NCBI GenBank assembly: GCA_030603365.1
Contig: JAUVXV010000007.1
Coordinates: 89,346-153,345 of the forward strand
DNA length: 64,000 nucleotides
Source of the DNA: Candidatus Heimdallarchaeota archaeon
Lineage (GTDB): Archaea; Asgardarchaeota; Heimdallarchaeia; Heimdallarchaeales; Heimdallarchaeaceae
Direction of reading: 5' to 3'
The translations under genes and the position numbers were made by a program. Below the pieces are notes generated by a model. That model saw only the letters and a program-made list of their open reading frames with translations. It was not told where the DNA came from and made no database searches. Each line of letters opens with the position of its first letter. Positions within the stretch are counted from its first letter, which is position 1. Positions 8,881 to 19,056 of the stretch are shown here, piece after piece.

Positions 8881-10256
8881 TGTCCTTAGATGATCTTAGA
8901 AATAAAATTTTGAATATTGCCGATACAACTATTAAACACTCTAGAGACTTAAATATTCCCTCAACAGAAGTATTTGTTCTAGAACAATCTACAACAAACT
9001 TAACCGATAATAAAGGTAAAGTTGATAGTAGAGATGGATTAGTTCAAGGAATAGGTATCAGAGTAGCAGTAGGTAAGAAACTAGGATTTGCAAGTTGTAC
9101 AGGATTTGATGAAGAAACAATTAAATCCACTCTTAAACAAGCTCACAGTATTGCCAATGTAAGTCCTGAAAATCCAATGTTCAATGGTTTTGTAGCTGAA
9201 ACCAAAATGTCAAAAGAAGGTATTTTAGACCCAGATATCCCACATCTTGATGCAGATGATCTAATCGAGAAATGCAATATTATGAATCAAGAAGTTGATC
9301 TAAGTGACAGAAGGATTATTTCAGGAAGTTTTGGTGCTAATATTGCATATCAGGGATTTGCAATTGCAACTACTGAAGGATGCTTAGCTTCTTCTCTTCA
9401 AACAACATTTGGAGCTAATTCTTACTTTGTTGTTACTGATGCTGGAGACCGAAAAACAGCTCAAGATTTTGTAGCAGCAAGGAAAGTAGAATCAGTTGAA
9501 GGAATTGCTCCTAAAGCACTCAATAAAGCAATTAGTTCCTTGGGATCCAAAGCTTTTGGAGGATCAGAAGTTCTACCAACCATTTGGGAACCTCGTGAAT
9601 CTGCTCCATTTCTAGCATTTGCATTTTTCAATGTTTTCTCAGGATCTGCTTATGTAGAAAAAAGCAATCCATGGAAAGAAAAATTGAATGAAAAGGTGGC
9701 TGTAAAAGAATTGACTGTTATTGATGATGGTCAAAAACCTGATACTGAAGCTTGTCAATCTATTGATGCTGAAGGTACTCCAAAACAAACAACTGCTATC
9801 ATAGAAGATGGAGTATTGAAGACTTTTCTATTTAATAAAATGTACGGAGATGCTGCTGGTTTTAGTACTACAGGAAATGCACAGCGAGGAGGAATCTTTG
9901 GTGGCACACCTTACGAAAATATACCTGTTGTAGGACCAAATCAGATGATGATTAAAGAAGTCGCAAAAAACCTTGAAGAACAGATCTCAGAAATAGATAA
10001 AGGAATTCTTATTACTGGAACACCAATTGGGTTGTTTACAGCTAATCCTGTTACAGGTGACTTCAGTGTTACATGCAATGATACATTTCTAATTGAAAAA
10101 GGAGAAAAAGTTCATCCTCTGAAATCTATAAGTATTGCAGGGAACTACTTTGAGACCTTGAATAATATCCGTTTCATTGGAAATGACACAGAACAATCTG
10201 GATGGCCGATTGATGCTCCAAGTATGACCTTTCTGAACCATACAATCTCAGATTAA
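8880..10256 (+). CDS. pmbA: TldE/PmbA protein (copy 1)
   Basis: GIGIRV, DAEG, STTGNA, NPVTGDFS, SIAGN; no HExxxH; translationally coupled to tldD. Confidence 0.9.
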   Translation: MSLDDLRNKILNIADTTIKHSRDLNIPSTEVFVLEQSTTNLTDNKGKVDSRDGLVQGIGIRVAVGKKLGFASCTGFDEETIKSTLKQAHSIANVSPENPMFNGFVAETKMSKEGILDPDIPHLDADDLIEKCNIMNQEVDLSDRRIISGSFGANIAYQGFAIATTEGCLASSLQTTFGANSYFVVTDAGDRKTAQDFVAARKVESVEGIAPKALNKAISSLGSKAFGGSEVLPTIWEPRESAPFLAFAFFNVFSGSAYVEKSNPWKEKLNEKVAVKELTVIDDGQKPDTEACQSIDAEGTPKQTTAIIEDGVLKTFLFNKMYGDAAGFSTTGNAQRGGIFGGTPYENIPVVGPNQMMIKEVAKNLEEQISEIDKGILITGTPIGLFTANPVTGDFSVTCNDTFLIEKGEKVHPLKSISIAGNYFETLNNIRFIGNDTEQSGWPIDAPSMTFLNHTISD

Positions 10257-10285
10257 ATTCTTCTTTTCCTTTCTTTTTTTATTAT
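10257..10285 (+). terminator. T-rich archaeal terminator
   Basis: TTCTTCTTTTCCTTTCTTTTTTT directly after the stop codon. Confidence 0.5.
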
Positions 10286-10440
10286 TTAACCAATCGGTTT
10301 TGAATAATTTTATAAATATCCTAAGCATGAAAATTTCAATCCTAATCATGTTTACAAATATTCTTAACATGATAATGTGACCGACTTGTGACCAGTTACT
10401 TAAAGTAAAGTGCTCAAACAAGTACTTATAGAAACACAAG

Positions 10441-11865
10441 GTGAAAATAGTGGAAAATGATTATGTTTTTGATCTATTACATAAAGCAGTTGATCAAGGT
10501 CATAAACTAGGTGCAGATTTTGTAGAGGCAAGGTACGATGATTTAACCTTAACAACTATAAACTATACAAATGAAAAGGTTCGAGAATCTTCTACTAAAC
10601 AACGTAGAGGAATAGGTGTTATGACATATGTCAAGGGTTCTCCCGGATATTCATTTACACCAGACATAACTTCAGAAGCAATTCAAGAAACCACAAAACG
10701 GTCTCTTGGGATAGCAAAAGCTACTGAACCTCTTTTAACTTTTAAGCACATTTATGATGATCGATCTTCGATCAAAGATTCAATTGTAAAGAAAGTAAAA
10801 ATTCATCCTAAGGAAGTTGAATTTGACGAAAAACTTGACATGCTTAAGCGTGGAATAGCTAACGCTAAGGATCAGGTTGATGCTCAATCTACAACAGGTA
10901 TGTGGGGAGAACTCTGGGGAGATAAATTATTTGTAAACTCTGAACAATCTGAGATTTATTGGACCCCACTCTTGTTTGATCTACGTATAATGGCAGTTGC
11001 TATGACTGAAACTTCTCAAGCTCGTGGTTCTGATGGAGTAGGACAATCTCAAGGGATGGAATATTTTGATATTGAAGCTCACAGCCCTGAAACTCTAGGA
11101 ACCAATGCTGGTAAATGGTGCAAAGAGCAAATTGATGCTGTTTCTGCTCCACCAGGAAAACATAGAGCTTTAGTAGGACCAAGAATGGCAGGTGTTCTTG
11201 CACATGAAAGTTTTGGTCACCTCTCTGAAACTGATTTTGTTATTACTGGTATGTCTCCAATTTCAGATAGAGTAGGAGAACAACTTGGAACTGAGCATGC
11301 GACTATCATTGATGAAGGTATTACAAAAGAAGGTGGATTCTTCTTACCTTATGATGATCAAGGAACTAAAACTGGAAAAACCGTTCTAATGGACAAGGGT
11401 ATGCTACTGGGTTATCTACATGATAGAAGTACAGCTAATAAAATGAATACTGAACCTACTGGAAATTCTAGAGCTATTACTTTTATGTTCCCATCGATAC
11501 CAAGAATGAAAAATACTTATTTCAAGCCTGGAAACATAAGTTTTGATGAAGCTGTAGAACAAGTTGGAGATGGTCTCTATACAGCTGGAACTTCAGGAGG
11601 TCAAACAGACCTTGATGGTACATTTCTGTTCAAATGTAGTCGTGGATACCTGATTGAAAATGGCGAGATTACCAAACCTATCAAAGATGCTGCACTCTCA
11701 GGTCAAATTCTAGAATTCATTCAACAAATTAGTGGAGTTACAAATGAGATGGACATATTTACTAGTTACTTTGGCGGATGCGGAAAAGGTGGTCAATATC
11801 CTCTTCCAGTTGGATTAGGTGGACCTAGTCTGGTTGTTGATGAGGTTTTAGTTGGTGGTGAATGA
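10441..11865 (+). CDS. tldD: TldD metalloprotease (copy 2)
   Basis: HESFGHLSETD, YDDQG, RMKNTY, GCGKGGQ; close paralog of copy 1 (GTG at 10450 aligns with the copy 1 start). Confidence 0.93.
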   Translation: MKIVENDYVFDLLHKAVDQGHKLGADFVEARYDDLTLTTINYTNEKVRESSTKQRRGIGVMTYVKGSPGYSFTPDITSEAIQETTKRSLGIAKATEPLLTFKHIYDDRSSIKDSIVKKVKIHPKEVEFDEKLDMLKRGIANAKDQVDAQSTTGMWGELWGDKLFVNSEQSEIYWTPLLFDLRIMAVAMTETSQARGSDGVGQSQGMEYFDIEAHSPETLGTNAGKWCKEQIDAVSAPPGKHRALVGPRMAGVLAHESFGHLSETDFVITGMSPISDRVGEQLGTEHATIIDEGITKEGGFFLPYDDQGTKTGKTVLMDKGMLLGYLHDRSTANKMNTEPTGNSRAITFMFPSIPRMKNTYFKPGNISFDEAVEQVGDGLYTAGTSGGQTDLDGTFLFKCSRGYLIENGEITKPIKDAALSGQILEFIQQISGVTNEMDIFTSYFGGCGKGGQYPLPVGLGGPSLVVDEVLVGGE

Positions 11866-11866
11866 A

Positions 11867-13234
11867 ATGGTTTTAGAAAAAATTCGTTCTGAACTCTTAG
11901 AAGTTGCTGATTTAGCTTTGAAATATTCTAAAGATCTAGCTGTACCTACAGCTGAAGCTTTCATCATTAAGAACTCACTTACTGAAATCAAATATTCTAA
12001 AGGTAAAACTGAATGCAGAGATGGTATGGTTCAAGGTATCGGTATTAGAGTAGCAGTTGGAAAGCAAGTAGGTTTCGCAACATGTGCTGGTTTTGCTTCT
12101 GAATCACTTAAAACAACAATTGAAAACGCACACAAAATTGCTAAGAATAGTCCAGAAGATCCTAGATTCTCAGGATTTGTAGCAGAGAGTAAACCTGGTA
12201 AAGAAGGTAATCTTGACGTAAACATAGTAAATCTAGAAACGGCTTCTCTAATTGGACAAATGGCTGAATTAATCAAAGAAAGCAATATAGACGATCAAAG
12301 GTTGGTAGGAGCTGATTTAGAAATAGGTACTGAATGGGGAGGTTATGCAGTAGCAACCACAGAAGGTTGTTTAGTCTCGTCCATGCATACTACTCATTAT
12401 GGAACTGCATACGCAGTTACTATGGGACAAGATGAAAGATCCACCGCTTTTGGGTTTAAAGCTGGTCTAACTCTTCAAGATTTATCTGGAATTGGAACTT
12501 CTGCAATCGAGAAAGCTCTCAAGCATCTTGGCTCAAGTCCATTAGGAGAAACTGTTAAAATACCTACAATATGGGAACCAATTTCAGCATCTATGCTCTT
12601 GAGTACAACTTTTACTGTTGGATTAAACGGTGGTACAGTAGTCGAAAAAAGAAATCCTTTGATGAGCAAACTTAATGAACAAATTGCCAATAAAGATTTT
12701 CAACTCTACGATGATGGTACTAATCCAGAAAAACTATCTTGTGAAGCAGTAGATGCTGAAGGATCTACAGTGAGAAAAACAGAAATCATAAAAGATGGAG
12801 TTCTGAAGAATTTCCTCTTCGACAATTTCTATGGCCCAGTCTTTGGTGCAGGTAGTACAGGTAATGCTAGACGCAATCCTCCAACTGAATATGAGAGTCT
12901 CCCTACTATAGGTCCTAATAAATTGGTAATTCAACCAGGTACAAAGAATCTTGATGAGATAATAGCGGGTTTTGATGATGCTATATACATTGAAGGTTTC
13001 CCAATGGGTATGGGGCATAGTAACATGATCACTGGTGATTTTTCAGTAACAGCTACAAACGCATATCTTGTAAAGAATGGAGAGATTGTACATCCTCTTA
13101 AACCAGTTAGTATAGCAGGTAATTTCTTCAAGTCTCTTAATGATTTAGAACATGTTGGATCAGATACTATTGACTTGCCATTCCCACTAGAAAGTTCAAC
13201 TTTAGCAATTAATAACCACACTATAAGTGGTTAA
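11867..13234 (+). CDS. pmbA: TldE/PmbA protein (copy 2)
   Basis: GIGIRVAVG, DAEG, GSTGNA, TGDFS, SIAGNF; ATG at 11867 follows the tldD2 stop. Confidence 0.9.
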   Translation: MVLEKIRSELLEVADLALKYSKDLAVPTAEAFIIKNSLTEIKYSKGKTECRDGMVQGIGIRVAVGKQVGFATCAGFASESLKTTIENAHKIAKNSPEDPRFSGFVAESKPGKEGNLDVNIVNLETASLIGQMAELIKESNIDDQRLVGADLEIGTEWGGYAVATTEGCLVSSMHTTHYGTAYAVTMGQDERSTAFGFKAGLTLQDLSGIGTSAIEKALKHLGSSPLGETVKIPTIWEPISASMLLSTTFTVGLNGGTVVEKRNPLMSKLNEQIANKDFQLYDDGTNPEKLSCEAVDAEGSTVRKTEIIKDGVLKNFLFDNFYGPVFGAGSTGNARRNPPTEYESLPTIGPNKLVIQPGTKNLDEIIAGFDDAIYIEGFPMGMGHSNMITGDFSVTATNAYLVKNGEIVHPLKPVSIAGNFFKSLNDLEHVGSDTIDLPFPLESSTLAINNHTISG

Positions 13235-13237
13235 ATT

Positions 13238-13260
13238 TATCTTTTTTTTTCTTTTGTTTT
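13238..13260 (+). terminator. T-rich archaeal terminator
   Basis: CTTTTTTTTTCTTTTGTTTT after the pmbA2 stop. Confidence 0.5.
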
Positions 13261-13323
13261 AAAGAGCAACTAAAGAAAAGATTAAAATTACATAGTAAAA
13301 CCAACTATTAAGTTTGGTAGGGG

Positions 13324-14238
13324 TTGCCAATGAGTCTTCAAACAGATTTACACAGAGAAACAATAAGTTACCTTTGCAATAATTGTGGAAAGAAAAGAAT
13401 TGCACTTATACCTCCGACAATGAAAATTAACGTTGATTCAAGGGGTTTATGTGAATTTGTTGATGTTCATCTATGTAAAGAAACAGAATTATCTGCAAAC
13501 ATTCTCTTTATTGATTCTAATAGAGCAGTTAGATCACAAGTACCAGTTGCTAGTGAAAGTAAACCAGCTGAGGATTTTGAGTTTTCTATACCAATGCCTG
13601 AAAAGATTTCTCATGCTAAATATGAAATAAAACCAAATGAAAGCTTTAAAGCACGAATTATTAGAGAAATGGAAATAAAAGATGAATTTAGGAACATAAT
13701 CTATATTATAAACACAGATAAACCAAGAGAAAAATTGGAAGTTGAAACATCTTCCGAATTAGGTTTTATAAAAATAAGTGCTAACATAACACGAAACACA
13801 AATGAAGAAAAGGCTCAAGCTTGGTTACAAAAATTAGCAGACTTAGTCGAGAAAACAGCAAATCTTGATGAAGGAATATTTTCGATACTGATGTATTTCT
13901 TAGATGAGAAGATGAAAGAAAACATGAATGATACAAATGCAAAAGCTTTGGACTGTATATTGCAATCCACTGTATCTTTACCATTTTCGAAGGATAATGC
14001 TCTTAATGACTTCAACCAGCTTAGGAACACTGTTTTCAAAAAACTAACCGTTGTTGAGGTGATTTATTACACCAATCTACTAAAAATATGTACAAATAAT
14101 GAGAGTAAGACCTTACTAGATGTTTACTCCAATTTAGAACAAAAGTTACCTTTGTTCCTGTTCTTGAATGCTGTACATGACTTAATATATCACAATTTAA
14201 TGGAAATAGAAAAATTAGAGTTCATATCTATTGATTAA
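13324..14238 (+). CDS. Hypothetical protein with N-terminal Zn-binding motif
   Basis: YLCNNCG...DVHLC (CxxC...HxC); helical C-terminus, possibly a winged helix. Confidence 0.7.
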   Translation: MPMSLQTDLHRETISYLCNNCGKKRIALIPPTMKINVDSRGLCEFVDVHLCKETELSANILFIDSNRAVRSQVPVASESKPAEDFEFSIPMPEKISHAKYEIKPNESFKARIIREMEIKDEFRNIIYIINTDKPREKLEVETSSELGFIKISANITRNTNEEKAQAWLQKLADLVEKTANLDEGIFSILMYFLDEKMKENMNDTNAKALDCILQSTVSLPFSKDNALNDFNQLRNTVFKKLTVVEVIYYTNLLKICTNNESKTLLDVYSNLEQKLPLFLFLNAVHDLIYHNLMEIEKLEFISID

Positions 14239-14247
14239 TATTAAACT

Positions 14248-15441
14248 CTAAGTCTTATGTGATTTTCTTAATAACTTTGCTAGATTTTCTTGACAATTGG
14301 GACAGCGAGTATTTTTGTATAACCATTTTTCAATATGTTCTGAATGAGCATAAATTCCGCAGCAAGGTAGTTTCATAACCTTTTCCTTCTCTTGAGGTTT
14401 TAAATCCAATAAACAGACTATACAAGTGGGTCTAGGTGCATCACACTTATCACAAAACTCTTCAGCTTGGTCAAAAGCATCTCCACAATTGTAACACTTC
14501 AATTCTTCAATTCTATCAGCATATTCTTCCAATTTATAGGAGGAGTGGAATATGAGATTCGTTAAGTCTAAAATGTCCTTAAGATTAACAGTTGATTTAA
14601 GTAAAGCAAAGAGCTGATCATCCTCATAATACAACCGTTTTATATCATCTGTAATATTAACTAATAATGATTTAACTTTCTTATCTTCAAGAATTTTAAA
14701 TGCAGCATCAGGAATGGAGGAATGCAGTGAAAATTTTCCTTCTAAAATTGTGATTTCTTTAGTAACATCTGTTGGTTTTCTAATGTCCATAGCTACTGAA
14801 AGCTTGTTTTTGAAGAAAGCTACAAATAGCAAATCTTTATCCCTTGTGAAATTTATTCCTGCCCCTCTAATGTTAAAATAAGTACTTTTTCTATTATAAT
14901 CAAATACCAAACCTGGACTATGTTGAAAAGTCTCTATTTTTAGAGGATCAGTATCTGAAATAATTTTATACAATGAATCATTCAATTCAGCTATTTTTTC
15001 TGGATTTCTCTCAGTTGATAGAATTTCATAATACCTAGTCATTTTATTTCTTACTCTAGAACCTGAGGTAATTGAAGATAGAACAGCAGTTGAGGTTCTA
15101 GTACGTGATGAATAAGGTTTTTCAGTTATTACTTCATGAATTCCTGGAACTTCATAAGGTACAGAGCTGGCAACATTACGTGTTGATTTCACACTCACTG
15201 GGTAATTTTGAGTTAGATGCTTCTGACTCTGTTTCTTAATATAATCATCTATTTTCTTTCCTTCAGCTATTTCTTCTACCGTAACAGCCCTTCTGAAACC
15301 AAGTTTGTTATAATATTTGTCTCCCCCAAATTTTTTCCTTACAAAATCTCGAGATGACAACCATAGAAGTAATACAAGAATTGCCCCTGTTATTAAAATA
15401 TAAAGTATAATTTCTCCGACTGTAACCATATTCTCCCACAA
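14248..15441 (-). CDS. Membrane-anchored zinc-ribbon + RING-finger protein (putative E3 ligase)
   Basis: N-terminal TM; CYNC...CDKC ribbon; RING-like CIVC-x16-CC-x4-H-x2-H-x3-W-x6-CPNC at the C-terminus. Confidence 0.8.
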   Translation of the reverse strand: MWENMVTVGEIILYILITGAILVLLLWLSSRDFVRKKFGGDKYYNKLGFRRAVTVEEIAEGKKIDDYIKKQSQKHLTQNYPVSVKSTRNVASSVPYEVPGIHEVITEKPYSSRTRTSTAVLSSITSGSRVRNKMTRYYEILSTERNPEKIAELNDSLYKIISDTDPLKIETFQHSPGLVFDYNRKSTYFNIRGAGINFTRDKDLLFVAFFKNKLSVAMDIRKPTDVTKEITILEGKFSLHSSIPDAAFKILEDKKVKSLLVNITDDIKRLYYEDDQLFALLKSTVNLKDILDLTNLIFHSSYKLEEYADRIEELKCYNCGDAFDQAEEFCDKCDAPRPTCIVCLLDLKPQEKEKVMKLPCCGIYAHSEHIEKWLYKNTRCPNCQENLAKLLRKSHKT

Positions 15442-15475
15442 TAAAGTAAGATTAAGATATAATAAAACTATCCAA

Positions 15476-16546
15476 TCAAAAATTGCTCATTTTTTTCTGT
15501 TTCAGTGTTCTAAGCCAAAGGAATAAATCTTGTTTGCAATTTGGGCACTTTGCATTTGTTTCTAGCCAACTTATTAAGTGTTCACGATGTGCATAAATTT
15601 CACAACATGGTGTTTGTATCACTTTCTTTTTTTCAGATGGCTTTAAATCTAGTAAACAAACAACACATCTTGGTCTTGGAGCACCGCATTTATCACATTT
15701 GTCCTCGTTGGTTTGGAAGATGTCTTCACATTGGTAGCAAGACAAGTGTTCTATTTCTGCTGTCCCAAAATCCTTCAACATTAATTCGTCATGTATAAGA
15801 GTGAACAGCTCGAACATTGGTTCAATCATCAAATAATTTGAAATTAGTCCTATTATGAATTTACCATTAATAGAAAAATTTAGCAGAGAGTCCTTATGAT
15901 CTATAATCAAATCATTAAATTCTTTCTTAGTGAAAATCTCATCATATGCAATTTGATGGCTAGAATGGAAAATGAAATATTTACTAGATTTAATTTGATC
16001 TTCAGAAGAGGAAGGTTGTTGCTGTTTTAGTCTTCTTTTAATACTTAATGCAATAGGATAATCCACTCTTAATATTGCACTAAATTTCATTTCTTCTAGA
16101 TTTAGAATTTCAATCCCGATGTTGTGTAAAAAGCTATATTTGTGATCTTTGTGAAAATCAAAAGCAATTCGAGGTAAAGAACCTTCTACTTCTTTCATAT
16201 TAATTGAACCCAATTTATAGAGTAGAGGTTTTATTTGATTTTTTAACAGATGTTCTTCTTCAGAAATTAGATCGTTTTGTCGTAACGCTTGAATTTCTCT
16301 AATTTTTCGAGGTGACTTTCTTTCTCTTTTTCTTTTGATTGACCAGTAAGTGTAAATCACTATAACGGTTAAAATAAACAAACCAAAGATATATGCAAGA
16401 AACACAACTAAGTCAAATTCTCGCGTAGGACCCATTAAAGAGGCATTATACAGACCAAAACCTATTCCAACTAGCACTAAAATAATTAATGTATCCCTAG
16501 CTAGTTTCTTCCACATACTTGTCAGAATATTAAGTAATCTGGTCAC
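15476..16546 (-). CDS. Membrane-anchored zinc-ribbon + RING-finger protein (putative E3 ligase)
   Basis: Two N-terminal TMs; CYQC...CDKC; CVVC...PCCEIYAHREHLISWL....KCPNC; paralog of the neighbouring gene. Confidence 0.8.
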   Translation of the reverse strand: MTRLLNILTSMWKKLARDTLIILVLVGIGFGLYNASLMGPTREFDLVVFLAYIFGLFILTVIVIYTYWSIKRKRERKSPRKIREIQALRQNDLISEEEHLLKNQIKPLLYKLGSINMKEVEGSLPRIAFDFHKDHKYSFLHNIGIEILNLEEMKFSAILRVDYPIALSIKRRLKQQQPSSSEDQIKSSKYFIFHSSHQIAYDEIFTKKEFNDLIIDHKDSLLNFSINGKFIIGLISNYLMIEPMFELFTLIHDELMLKDFGTAEIEHLSCYQCEDIFQTNEDKCDKCGAPRPRCVVCLLDLKPSEKKKVIQTPCCEIYAHREHLISWLETNAKCPNCKQDLFLWLRTLKQKKMSNF

Positions 16547-16604
16547 ATAAATACATTTCTTAATCTTAGCAACTAGAAGAAATTTAATGAGAGGAATGTT
16601 CTTC

Positions 16605-17408
16605 TCATGAACAATATTTTTCTAGTTCAAAAGCACCTTCCATTAATTCTCCTAGTCTTCTCATGAATCTTACTGCAGGAGCACCATCTGTGATAATGTG
16701 GTCTATTCTTATAGATAAATTCAAGATTTCTCTATTTAATAATTTACCATCAATTAATCTTGGTTTGAATGAAATCCCACCAGTCACAATGTTTACAGGA
16801 TGATGACCAAGATTTACACCCCAACCACTCATTCCTTTTCCAAACATACCTACAGTAGTAACTTGCACTGAACTATTGAGTTTCTTATGGAGTTTGGGGT
16901 TATTCATCACTCTGTTCCAGAAGAAAATTGTCCTGAAGATTTTTGGAATTTTTAGAAGAAGTTTTAACTGTTTGGTGGAAATATCACTAGAAATATCCTC
17001 CTTTGATTTAGGTCTCTGTACTTCTCGTATCTCGTTGTGAATTTGCATGACATCTTTCTCATGAGCTTTTCTAATATTATAGAGAGTTGGAAAAGGTTTA
17101 CCATCTATTGTTTTTTCTATTGCAATCGAAACATCTACATCATCGAAGATATACAACTTCTTTCTTTTTTTGAAAGCGTGAACTTGTGGATTGTCAGCAA
17201 CAGCAACACTTACGCATCTAACAACCCAGGCAGTGAATGAAAGGGATTTACCATGTTTTTCTTTGTAACTTCTGAAAAACTCTCTAGCTTTTGTTATATC
17301 TAATTCTACAAGACCTTGCATGAAAAGCATGTGACGAGACATAGCAGTAACTTCAGCTTGAAGTTGTCTCTTGAAAGGAATTACTTTGTATTTTCCAATC
17401 TTATCCAT
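16605..17408 (-). CDS. 2-oxoacid dehydrogenase acyltransferase (E2) catalytic-domain-only protein
   Basis: DHIITDGAPAVRF (HxxxDG), LSFTAWVVRCV; no lipoyl domain. Confidence 0.88.
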   Translation of the reverse strand: MDKIGKYKVIPFKRQLQAEVTAMSRHMLFMQGLVELDITKAREFFRSYKEKHGKSLSFTAWVVRCVSVAVADNPQVHAFKKRKKLYIFDDVDVSIAIEKTIDGKPFPTLYNIRKAHEKDVMQIHNEIREVQRPKSKEDISSDISTKQLKLLLKIPKIFRTIFFWNRVMNNPKLHKKLNSSVQVTTVGMFGKGMSGWGVNLGHHPVNIVTGGISFKPRLIDGKLLNREILNLSIRIDHIITDGAPAVRFMRRLGELMEGAFELEKYCS

Positions 17409-17486
17409 TATTACTCATGGAAAAACCAATTTAGGTTCTTTATTAATTTTATCTATTATACAAAATAAAGACATAAATGGAAGAAT

Positions 17487-17822
17487 TTACCATTCTTCAT
17501 CTGGTCTTCGTTCTGGAATCATTTCTAAAGGTGTTGTAAAATCGTACTTGGGGTCATAAAATAATGCACAATAACATCGTCCATATTCTTCGATATCAGC
17601 TTGGGCATAATCACATGGACAGATTATATCCCTATCCATGGTTCTGTCTTCATTAGAATCACGGCAAGGGCAGTTAAAATAACCTATTCTATTGAAATAA
17701 TCTTTCAAACCATCAACAAGTATCTCATAAGTTTCATCTCTACTTGGATCAAGAATCCATTCCCTTTTATTTGCTACTTGTTTAGCGTATTTTTCAACAT
17801 CTTTGTAAGTTTTTTCTGCCAT
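17487..17822 (-). CDS. Ferredoxin-thioredoxin reductase catalytic subunit
   Basis: CPCR...ICPC...GRCYCALF. Confidence 0.92.
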   Translation of the reverse strand: MAEKTYKDVEKYAKQVANKREWILDPSRDETYEILVDGLKDYFNRIGYFNCPCRDSNEDRTMDRDIICPCDYAQADIEEYGRCYCALFYDPKYDFTTPLEMIPERRPDEEW

Positions 17823-17831
17823 ATTATCAAC

Positions 17832-18146
17832 CTATTCTAACAATATTTCTTTCCAATTATCGATGTTAAAACCAGCGTAAAATTTGTTATCATCAACTAT
17901 TAAAAAAGGATATCTGACCATTGTATTGAAGGACTTACTAACTTCTCTTTTGAATTCTCTTTTTTCGTCAATAGGTAATTTATCTACATCTACAAAGCGA
18001 TAATGGTAATCATTGTCTTTTAACCATTGCTTTCCTTTCTTGCACCAATGGCATGTGCTTAGAGCTAACATAAAAATGGAGTTGGTTTTCTTAGTACCAT
18101 CAACTTCAACAATCTCTCCAGGTATTTTAATATCTTCGAAACTCAT
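17832..18146 (-). CDS. Glutaredoxin (NrdH-like)
   Basis: ALSTCHWCKK, cis-Pro RYPF, GF motif; likely start MSFEDIK at 18146; upstream of the FTR gene. Confidence 0.88.
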   Translation of the reverse strand: MSFEDIKIPGEIVEVDGTKKTNSIFMLALSTCHWCKKGKQWLKDNDYHYRFVDVDKLPIDEKREFKREVSKSFNTMVRYPFLIVDDNKFYAGFNIDNWKEILLE

Positions 18147-18264
18147 TATGTAATCGAGATACAGATAGAGAATTGAAATATAAAGTTGTTTTTCATACAA
18201 CATTTCTAAAGATTAATTTTGGATAGATGTGATGGTTTTTATTCAAAAAAACATATCTTAAATC

Positions 18265-18894
18265 ATGCAAATTACTAACTCTAAAGTAGAGAAGTACATG
18301 GAAACTCTCTTGGAAAATCGTTCTGAAATTTACAAAGAAATTGAGGAATATGCCCGTAATGTAGGTTTTCCTATTATCGAACCACTAGTTGGAGTTCTAT
18401 TAAATCAATATGCTAGAATGATTAAAGCTAAACGGATTCTGGAATTAGGTTCAGGTTTTGGATATTCAGCTTTATGGTTCTCAGAAGGGATGGATGAAGA
18501 AACAGAAATAATCTGTACGGATTTTAAAGAAGAAAATAAAGAGCTTGCTAAAAAGTATTTCAAGAAAGCTGGAATTAGTACTAAGATTGATTTCAAGTTA
18601 GGAGATGCTATGCAAATATTAGAAGAAATTGAAGGGAAGTTTGATATCATCTTTAATGATGTTGAGAAGGAAGATTATCCAGAAGTATTCAAAAAAGCTA
18701 TTCCAAAACTCAAAGAGGGTGGGTTACTAATATCTGACAATACCTTGTGGTATGGGAAAGTAGCAGATGAGAATCAGAAGGATTATCAAACTGAAGGATC
18801 AAGAGAATATAACAGATTAGCTTTTACTGATACTAGGGTTTTATCAGTTATTTTGCCTTTGAGAGACGGAATAACAGTATCAATGAAGAAGTAA
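18265..18894 (+). CDS. SAM-dependent O-methyltransferase (family 3)
   Basis: ILELGSGFGYS, FDIIFNDVEKEDY, GGLLISDN, PLRDG. Confidence 0.92.
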   Translation: MQITNSKVEKYMETLLENRSEIYKEIEEYARNVGFPIIEPLVGVLLNQYARMIKAKRILELGSGFGYSALWFSEGMDEETEIICTDFKEENKELAKKYFKKAGISTKIDFKLGDAMQILEEIEGKFDIIFNDVEKEDYPEVFKKAIPKLKEGGLLISDNTLWYGKVADENQKDYQTEGSREYNRLAFTDTRVLSVILPLRDGITVSMKK

Positions 18895-19056
18895 ATACTA
18901 AATAATTCTGCAAAAAGTAATCTCAAATGAATAGGAAATTGATTCTTTCTAGTTGTTTTAATTTGAATAATACTGATAGGATTTTTTCCATCCTTAAATC
19001 CATAAACCTTTAAATAAATAGGAAACTAACCAATTTGAACAAATAGAGAGATACTT

